DNA from: Terriglobales bacterium
Lineage (GTDB): Bacteria; Acidobacteriota; Terriglobia; Terriglobales; Acidobacteriaceae
Direction of reading: 5' to 3'
DNA: 64,000 nucleotides
Assembly: GCA_049509755.1 (NCBI GenBank)
Contig: JBEKZP010000001.1
Span: 208,210-272,209 of the forward strand
The notes beneath the pieces were generated by a model. That model was not told where the DNA came from. It ran no database searches and saw only the letters and a program-made list of their open reading frames with translations. Positions 18,201 through 25,120 of this stretch are shown piece after piece; within the stretch, counting starts at the first letter, position 1, and every line of letters starts with the position of its first letter. Made by a program: the position numbers and the translations under genes.

Positions 18201-19546
18201 CAGAATCTTCTCCAGAGTTGGCGTGCGCAGGCGGTGGCTTTTTCGGCGACGGCGCGCTCGTCCACGTTGACGAACTGCCGGTCGCGAATGACGAAGCGGC
18301 CGTTCACCACCAGCGAATCCACCGGCGCGTGCGCAATGCCGAACAGCGCGTGGCCGAAGATGTTGTCGCTGGTGAGCGGCGTGGGCGGAAAGTAGTCATA
18401 GAGCACCAGGTCGGCGCGCGCCCCTGCTTCGATGCGTCCGATGTCCAGGTTCCAGACCTTCCGGGCGATGGTGCGATTGTTGAGCAGCGCCAGCGCGTAA
18501 GCTTCCGCGTAGGCAACGCGCGGATCGCCGGCGCGCATTTTCTGGACGTGGAAGGCGGTCTTGAACTCGTCCCACATGCGCGGGCTGTAACCGTCGGAGC
18601 CGAGGCCGACCAGCACGCCGGCTTTCACCATCTCCAGCACGCGTGCCGCTCCCACCGCGTTGTTGCAATTCGATTGCGGGTTGTGAACCACGTTGATCTG
18701 GTGGCGCGCCAGCGCCGCGATGTCGGCGCCGCTTACGTGAATGCAGTGCGCGGCCAGCGCGCGATCGTCGAGTACGCCCAGTTCATGCAGCCGGCGCACC
18801 GGAGATTTCCCGTGCTTCCTGCGGGCATCGTCGTTGTCGCTGCGGTCTTCGGAAACGTGCACGTGGAATCCGGCTTGCAGCGATTCGTTCGCTTCCACCG
18901 AGCGGCGCAGCGTGCGATCGCTCAGGGTGAAAGAAGCGTGCAGGCCGAAGCTGGCGTTCACCAGCCCGTTTGACTTGCGCGCGCGCTCGATGAAGCGGAC
19001 GTTTTCGTCGATTCCTTCCTGCGCGTTCCTCGGGCCGTTGCGGTCGGTGGTTTCGTAGCAGAGCACCCCGCGCAATCCGACCTCGCGAAAGGCACGCTCA
19101 ATCACGTCGAGGCTGCCGCTGACCGCCGATGGACTGGAATGGTGGTCCACCAGCGTGCCCACGCCGCAGCGCGCCGAATCCATCACGCCGACCAGCGCGC
19201 TGTAGTAGATGTCCTGCTGGTTGAGCGCGCGGTCGAGCCGCCACCACAGCTTTTTCAGAATTTCGGGAAAATTCTTCGGCGGCGTGCCCGGCAGCGAGAT
19301 GCCCCGCGCCAGCGTGCTGTAGAGATGGGTGTGGCAGTTGATGAGCGCGGGCATGAGCAGGCGGCCGCGCGCGTCGATCCTTTCCACGGAATCTGCACAC
19401 GCGAGGGCGCCCTTCGACAAGCTCAGGGCAGGCTGTGTGCCACACACTTCGCCAATGCTGCCGTCATCGCGCACCTCGACCGTGCCGCAATCCAGCACGC
19501 GGTTGCGCGAGTCGAGGGTCAGGATGCGGGCGTTTTCGATGATCAT
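18200..19546 (-). CDS. ssnA: SsnA-type amidohydrolase (chlorohydrolase/aminohydrolase family). The start is at MIIENARIL, with an ATGA overlap onto the carbamate kinase stop
   Basis: LINCHTHLYSTLARG...NLWWRLDRAL pattern as in E. coli SsnA. Contains an in-frame copy of the 30-nt element (TQPALSLSKGA). Confidence 0.75.
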   Translation of the reverse strand: MIIENARILTLDSRNRVLDCGTVEVRDDGSIGEVCGTQPALSLSKGALACADSVERIDARGRLLMPALINCHTHLYSTLARGISLPGTPPKNFPEILKKLWWRLDRALNQQDIYYSALVGVMDSARCGVGTLVDHHSSPSAVSGSLDVIERAFREVGLRGVLCYETTDRNGPRNAQEGIDENVRFIERARKSNGLVNASFGLHASFTLSDRTLRRSVEANESLQAGFHVHVSEDRSDNDDARRKHGKSPVRRLHELGVLDDRALAAHCIHVSGADIAALARHQINVVHNPQSNCNNAVGAARVLEMVKAGVLVGLGSDGYSPRMWDEFKTAFHVQKMRAGDPRVAYAEAYALALLNNRTIARKVWNLDIGRIEAGARADLVLYDYFPPTPLTSDNIFGHALFGIAHAPVDSLVVNGRFVIRDRQFVNVDERAVAEKATACARQLWRRF

Positions 19547-20520
19547 GGCGCGTTGAACGCGAGCGAGCGGTTGCCCCACGCGGCCACGATGTGCGTGCCG
19601 GCATTCCCCTCCACCGCTTGGGCAACTTTCTCGGTCGAGGTGATGATGCACTCCTCGCCGCCGTTCTCGATAAAATCAATCGCCGCCTCGATCTTCGGGC
19701 CCATGGAGCCGGACGGAAATTCTCCGGCTTCGAGGTAACGGCGCGCGCACTCGATCGTGATGTTCGATAGCCACTGCTGTTCCGGCTTCTGGTACGCGAT
19801 GGCGACCTGGTCCACCGACGTGACGATGATGAGCCGGTTCGCGCGCACCTGCTTGGCGAGAAGGCAGGAGGCGAGGTCCTTGTCAATGACGCCCTCGACG
19901 CCGACGAGTTTCGGGCCATCCCACGCAACCGCAATTCCGCCGCCGCCGCAAGCGACGACGATGACCCCGGCTTCGAGCATGGCGGCGATCGATTCCTTTT
20001 CCAGGATGTCGAGCGGCCGCGGCGAGGGCACCACGCGCCGCCACCGGCCTGGCTCAATCTCCTTCATGCGCCAGTGCGGCTTATCGACGCGCAGTTTCTC
20101 CAGCTCTTCCGGGGAATGAAACGACCCGACGGGCTTGGAGGGGTGCTCGAAATCAGGATCGTTGCGGTCCACCACCACTTGCGTGATCACCGTCGCACAC
20201 TCGCGGCGGATGCCTTCACGGCGGAACATCTCGTCGGCGACGCGCTGGATCATGTAGCCCATGCCGCCCTGCGAGTCGGAGACGCAGGTGTCCAGCGGCA
20301 GCGGCGGGACGCGGCGCTCGCCTTCCTCGGAACGGATGAGGATATTGCCGATCTGCGGGCCGTTGCCGTGCGTGATGACGATGCGGCGGTCGCTGTGAAA
20401 CAGCGGTACCAGGGGTTCCAGCGTTTCGGCAGTGTGCGCGAACTGCTGCGGAATGGTGCCGCGCTCACCGGGACGCGTGATGGCATTGCCACCGAGCGCG
20501 ATAACCAGGGTTTCCTTCAT
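19543..20520 (-). CDS. Carbamate kinase (YqeA/ArcC family)
   Basis: MKETLVIALGGNAI...VITHGNGPQIGN carbamate kinase N-terminus. Confidence 0.85.
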   Translation of the reverse strand: MKETLVIALGGNAITRPGERGTIPQQFAHTAETLEPLVPLFHSDRRIVITHGNGPQIGNILIRSEEGERRVPPLPLDTCVSDSQGGMGYMIQRVADEMFRREGIRRECATVITQVVVDRNDPDFEHPSKPVGSFHSPEELEKLRVDKPHWRMKEIEPGRWRRVVPSPRPLDILEKESIAAMLEAGVIVVACGGGGIAVAWDGPKLVGVEGVIDKDLASCLLAKQVRANRLIIVTSVDQVAIAYQKPEQQWLSNITIECARRYLEAGEFPSGSMGPKIEAAIDFIENGGEECIITSTEKVAQAVEGNAGTHIVAAWGNRSLAFNAP

Positions 20521-21590
20521 GCGCGTGCGGCCGCGGCCGGCTCCTCTTCGTACTCGATCTCGTGGTCAGCCATGGTCAGCGCCATGATCGATTTGCAGGT
20601 GTGCAGGCGGTTCTCCGCTTCGTCGTAAACCACGGAGTGCGGGCCGTCAATCACTTCGTCGGTGACCTCGTTGCCGCGGTCGGCCGGCAGCGGGTGCATG
20701 TAGAGCACATCGGGCTTGGCGAGCTTGAGCCGGTTGGCGTCGCAGATCCAATGCTTGTACTGGGTGGCGATGCGCAGCGACTCCTGCGGGTTCTGGCCCA
20801 TGGTGTCGAGGCAGCCCCAGCTTTTCGGGATGACGACGTCGGCCGTGCGGAAGGCGTCGTCCATGTCGTTCACGACTTCGAATTTCGTGCCGCAGCGCTG
20901 GGCGTTGTCGCGCGCCGCCTGCATGGTTTCCGGCATGAGGAAATATTCCGGCGGATGGGCCAGCGTCACATCAATGCCGAAGCGCGGCAGCAGCATGATG
21001 AGCCCTTGCGGCACCGAGAGCGGCTTGGCGTAGCTGGGCGCGTACGCCCACGAGACCGCGACCTTCAGCCCGCGCAGGTTTCGTCCGCGCTGTTCGCGCA
21101 TGGTCATCAGGTCGGCCAAAGTCTGGCAGGGATGGTCCACGTCGCACTGCATGTTGATGACCGGCACATCGGCCCAGCGCGCCACTTCGCGCATGTAGGC
21201 GTTGCCCTCGCCGGGGATGAGGTCGTGGCGGATGGCGATGCCGTGACCGTAGCGCGAGAGGATGATGCCGGTGTCCTTCGGGCTTTCGCCGTGCGAGACC
21301 TGCATCACGTCGGCGGTCAGGAAATGCGCGTGGCCGCCGAGCTGCGTGATCCCGGCTTCGAAGGAGTTGCGCGTGCGCGTGGACTTGTCGAAGAACATCA
21401 GGAAGATAGTCTGATCGGGCAGATAGCGGTGCGGAACGCGGCTCTTGAACTTGCGCTTCAGATCGGCCGAGACCGCGAGCAGGGTTTCAATCTGCGCCTC
21501 CGACCATTCCTCGGTGGTGATGTAGTCCTTACCTTTGAACAGCGCCTTATTGAGCAAGGTTGGCCCCCGTGAGTGCCGCGGCATTGGCAT
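20517..21590 (-). CDS. ygeW: YgeW-type knotted carbamoyltransferase (putative oxamate carbamoyltransferase)
   Basis: STRTR, GNAYMREV, SWAYAPSYAKPLSVPQG, TLAHPPEY and MHPLPADRG segments match E. coli YgeW closely. Confidence 0.85.
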   Translation of the reverse strand: MPMPRHSRGPTLLNKALFKGKDYITTEEWSEAQIETLLAVSADLKRKFKSRVPHRYLPDQTIFLMFFDKSTRTRNSFEAGITQLGGHAHFLTADVMQVSHGESPKDTGIILSRYGHGIAIRHDLIPGEGNAYMREVARWADVPVINMQCDVDHPCQTLADLMTMREQRGRNLRGLKVAVSWAYAPSYAKPLSVPQGLIMLLPRFGIDVTLAHPPEYFLMPETMQAARDNAQRCGTKFEVVNDMDDAFRTADVVIPKSWGCLDTMGQNPQESLRIATQYKHWICDANRLKLAKPDVLYMHPLPADRGNEVTDEVIDGPHSVVYDEAENRLHTCKSIMALTMADHEIEYEEEPAAAARA

Positions 21591-23760
21591 AGTGCGCGCG
21601 CCGCGGATTGGAAACTGCGTCCATCAGGAACTTGAGCTGCAAGTAAGGCAGCATGTCCACAGTATGCGGCGCGGCGCAGCCCGGTTTCAGTGACCAGGCT
21701 AGGACCGCGTGATCGGTAGTCCTGATTTGGATTTCCACGCTGCCGTCGTCGAAGACGGCGCGCTGCTGCTGCGCGTCCGACGTGAGCCGGTACGGCTTGC
21801 CGGCGATGGTGCCGTGAATGGTGTTGCCGCCGCTGGAAAAAGCCAGGAAGAAGCCATTGCGGCCGGCAAACTTCTGGTACGACTCCAGGCTGCCGAAGAA
21901 GCGCGGCTTCTCGATTTGCGGGCCGCCGTCCTCGGGGCAGAAGACATCGCAATTACCGCAGTCGTTGCAGGCGTCGGCGTAGTTGGCGAACTGATGCGCG
22001 CGCGCCACCTTGAATGTGCCGCCGGGCACGGGGCGCGCTTCGCCGCCCGCAAGCAACTCGTAATTGCTGTAGGCGAAGTCGGCGGCGCCGGACTCGTAGA
22101 CGAAATTGGCGTCGTTGGGGCAGACCGGAACGCACTTGTCGCAACTGATGCAGTCGTAGAGCCACAGCTTGGAGCCGATCTTGCGCGGCGCCGCCTTGTT
22201 CTTTTTCCACCGATAGCGCGGGTCGGCGGTGGTGCGCTCCACGATCGAAGGCGTGTTGAGCACGCCCGCGGCTTCCACCAGCGTGCGCTCCAGCCCGACA
22301 AGTTCGTCCTGGAGGGCGTCGGCGAGCGAATGTGGAAGCTGCGGGATACGGCCGGGAGTGAATTCGCGCTGGATATCGGCGCAGACCTCATTCAGCGCCG
22401 CGCCCGGAGTCGCGAGCCAGGCTTTCAGCCGCGCGGCGACAACGGCTTCGATGGCGGAGGCGGCGCCGGGAAAACGCTTTCCGAGCGCCGTTACCACGGA
22501 GTTGATGGCCACCTCGCCCTGGCCGGCGTAGCGGACGACAAAGTCATGAATCCGAGGCGCGCCAAGCTCGCGCATTTTCGCGCCCAGGTTTTCCAGGTAC
22601 CTGGGAAGCCGCGCGTAGCCGCCGGGGCGCAGCAGGTCGGTGCAGGTGGTGACGGGCACGAAATTCATGGCAACGGCGTTGCACACGTTGTGCTGGTCGA
22701 GGCCGGCGGAGAACGAAATGGGATACGCGGCGCCCATGTGCTCACGGAATTTCTTCACCAGGTTGAGCGTGACCACGTGCAGCGGCGGGCCGGACATGTA
22801 CATGACTTCGTCGGTGAACATCCGGCGGTGGTTCTTCACCACCAGCGTGTTGCTGAACTTGACGGCCAGGCGCTTGCCGCGGAAGCGCGCGACCCCGGCC
22901 AGGCGCGGCAGCATGGTGAGCGCGTCGGAAAACTGAAGGTCGTGCTCGAAGGCGTCGGCGGCGACCTGGATATCGCGATAGCCGAGCACGTCGTGCAGCA
23001 CATGTTTCACCTGCTCGAAGCCGAGCAGCGTGGGGTTGAGCTTGATGCAGACGTGCACATCCATCTCGGCGAGCAGAAAGGCGACGATGCCCTCGATCTC
23101 GTGCGCCGGGCAACCGTGGAAGGTGGAGAGCGTGATGGTGTCGCTGAGGCGCGTGGGGAAGGGCAGGTCGCGATAACGCGCCCACGGGCCGGTGAGGGTG
23201 GCGCGCAGTTCGTCAACGATGGCGCGCGCGTCCTTCATGCTCTCGATCCACTGGCGCACGCGCGGCGAGCGGATGCCCTCCAGGCTGTAGCCCACGCTCA
23301 TGTCGTAAATCGTGTCGGTGAAGGGGCCGGTGAATTCCTCGCCCAGCAGGCGCGAGGCTTTCAGGATCTCGATGAACATCATCGCGCCAACGTACTCGCG
23401 CAACGATTGTTCCAGCTTCAGCTCCTGCGACCACTCGACGTTGTACCCGACGTTGGTGGCGTCAATGCAGGGGCGCGGGATTTTGAGCTCGTCCATGATC
23501 TGCACCGTCTTGAGCTCGATGATGCGCGAGCCGGCGAGCCAGGAGAGAACGATGTTCTGCAACAGTTGATCGTGCGGGCCGGCGGCGGGCCCCACGGGAT
23601 TGGCGGCGCGCCGGCCATGAAACGTAACGGAAGTATCCAGGCCGCTCAGGCCGCGAAAGACCTTCGCCTTCGGCAGGTCGAAGATTTTTCCCTCGCGCTC
23701 ATATTCGAGAAATGCGCGCGTGAGCTGCAGCGGGAGCGGGATGGGGATGAGCTCGGACAT
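21547..23760 (-). CDS. ygfK: YgfK-family Fe-S oxidoreductase: an N-terminal YgfK/DHOD-like TIM-barrel region plus a C-terminal 2x[4Fe-4S] ferredoxin domain. The central FAD/NAD(P)-binding domain present in E. coli YgfK appears to be absent. Start at MSELIP; the upstream 23 codons are encoded by the hairpin repeat
   Basis: PVGPAAGPHDQLLQNIVLSWLAGSRIIELKTVQ, TLSTFHGCPAHEIE, IKLNPTLLGF, MYMSGPPLH and TDLLRPGGYARL match the E. coli YgfK N-terminal region. The ferredoxin cysteines are CISCDKCVPVCPNDAN and CNDCGNCDVFCPEDGG. It is 738 aa versus ~1030 aa in E. coli. Confidence 0.7.
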   Translation of the reverse strand: MSELIPIPLPLQLTRAFLEYEREGKIFDLPKAKVFRGLSGLDTSVTFHGRRAANPVGPAAGPHDQLLQNIVLSWLAGSRIIELKTVQIMDELKIPRPCIDATNVGYNVEWSQELKLEQSLREYVGAMMFIEILKASRLLGEEFTGPFTDTIYDMSVGYSLEGIRSPRVRQWIESMKDARAIVDELRATLTGPWARYRDLPFPTRLSDTITLSTFHGCPAHEIEGIVAFLLAEMDVHVCIKLNPTLLGFEQVKHVLHDVLGYRDIQVAADAFEHDLQFSDALTMLPRLAGVARFRGKRLAVKFSNTLVVKNHRRMFTDEVMYMSGPPLHVVTLNLVKKFREHMGAAYPISFSAGLDQHNVCNAVAMNFVPVTTCTDLLRPGGYARLPRYLENLGAKMRELGAPRIHDFVVRYAGQGEVAINSVVTALGKRFPGAASAIEAVVAARLKAWLATPGAALNEVCADIQREFTPGRIPQLPHSLADALQDELVGLERTLVEAAGVLNTPSIVERTTADPRYRWKKNKAAPRKIGSKLWLYDCISCDKCVPVCPNDANFVYESGAADFAYSNYELLAGGEARPVPGGTFKVARAHQFANYADACNDCGNCDVFCPEDGGPQIEKPRFFGSLESYQKFAGRNGFFLAFSSGGNTIHGTIAGKPYRLTSDAQQQRAVFDDGSVEIQIRTTDHAVLAWSLKPGCAAPHTVDMLPYLQLKFLMDAVSNPRRAHYANAAALTGANLAQ

Positions 23761-23865
23761 TGGGTAACTTGGTAATTGGGTAATTTCGTAATTTTGTAAT
23801 TTTCGAAACGCGCGCACGCAGCGCAACAAATTACCAAATTACCAATTTACGAAATTACAAAATTC
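23761..23865. repeat. AT-rich GTAATTT-family hairpin between ygfK-like and ygeY
   Basis: tgggtaacttggtaattgggtaatttcgtaattttgtaattttc ... caaattaccaaattaccaatttacgaaattacaaaattc. Confidence 0.8.
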
Positions 23866-23866
23866 T

Positions 23867-25117
23867 TTAACGGGCGCCCGCCTTCGCTGTCTGCTCGCGC
23901 TCCAGCGTGTGCACGAACACCAGCGGAAACGCGGCGTAGAACTGCGCCGCCTGCACCAGGTGGTCGATCGAGACACGTTCGGTGACGGCGTGCGCGTCCA
24001 CTTCGTTGCCCGGACCAAAGCCGACCGTGGGCACGCCGCACATTCCCATTGAGCCCACGCCGTTGGTGCTGAATACCCATTTGTCCACGACGGGCGCGCG
24101 GCCATGCAGCGCCTGGTACGTCTCCACCGCCGACTGCACCAGCGGATGATCCTCTTCGACCAGCCACGTCGGATAGTACTTCTCCATCGGATACACCACC
24201 CCGGTGTAGCTCGGCACCTCGTATTTCAGGATCTCGATCTCGGCGTCGCGTGCGCCGGAGAGGGCGCGAACTTCGGCAACCGCGCTCTCTTTCGTGTCGC
24301 CGGTGGTGAGCCGGCGGTCCAGGTGGATGGAGCACGCGCCCGGAACCGCGCACAGCGAGGGCGAAAGCGAGCGAATCTGCGTCACCGTAATCGTCCCCTT
24401 GCCCAGAAACTTGTCGTCGCGCAGCCGGGTGTTGAGTTGCTCGACTTCGCGCAGCAGCGTGGACATCTTGTAGATCGGGTTGTCGCCGCGCTCGGGCGCG
24501 CTGGCATGGCAGGAGCGCCCGCGGATGTGGACTTCAATCTCCATGCGCCCGCGCTGCCCGCGATAAACCTGCAGGTTCGTGGGCTCGGTGATGAGGACGC
24601 AATCGGGCTTGATGCCGTCTTCGCGCAGGATGTAGAGCCACGCCAAGCCGTCGCAATCCTCTTCCTGCACACTGCCGACGCACCACAGCGTGTAATCGCC
24701 GGCCAGTCCGAGTTCCTTGATCAGCTTGGCGCCGTAAACCATGCTGGCCATGCCGCAACGCTGGTCGCAGGCGCCGCGGCCATACACGTAGCCGTCCTCC
24801 ACCTTGCCCTGGTACGGGTCCCACTTCCATTCCTTCAGGTCGCCGACGCCGACCGTGTCGGTGTGCGAGTCCATCATGATGACGCGCTTGCCGCTCCCGA
24901 TGCGGCCGAGGATGTTGCCCATTTTGTCGATGCGGATTTCGTCGAAGCCGACCTGTTCCATTTCCCGCTTGATGCGCTGGATGACGGGCCCTTCCTGCGA
25001 ACTTTCGGCGGGAATGGCGATCAGGTCGCGCAGGAAGCGGACCATGGGCGGTTCGTACTTTTTGGCGCCGGCGGCAATGGCCGCGCGCTGCTGGCGAATG
25101 TTATCGAATGGGTTCAT
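23867..25117 (-). CDS. ygeY: YgeY-type M20 family peptidase/amidohydrolase
   Basis: MVRFLRDLIAIPAESSQEGPVIQRIKREMEQVGFDEIRIDKMGN...QEEDCDGLAWLYI...YRGQRGRMEIEV match E. coli YgeY. Confidence 0.85.
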   Translation of the reverse strand: MNPFDNIRQQRAAIAAGAKKYEPPMVRFLRDLIAIPAESSQEGPVIQRIKREMEQVGFDEIRIDKMGNILGRIGSGKRVIMMDSHTDTVGVGDLKEWKWDPYQGKVEDGYVYGRGACDQRCGMASMVYGAKLIKELGLAGDYTLWCVGSVQEEDCDGLAWLYILREDGIKPDCVLITEPTNLQVYRGQRGRMEIEVHIRGRSCHASAPERGDNPIYKMSTLLREVEQLNTRLRDDKFLGKGTITVTQIRSLSPSLCAVPGACSIHLDRRLTTGDTKESAVAEVRALSGARDAEIEILKYEVPSYTGVVYPMEKYYPTWLVEEDHPLVQSAVETYQALHGRAPVVDKWVFSTNGVGSMGMCGVPTVGFGPGNEVDAHAVTERVSIDHLVQAAQFYAAFPLVFVHTLEREQTAKAGAR

Positions 25118-25120
25118 GTC

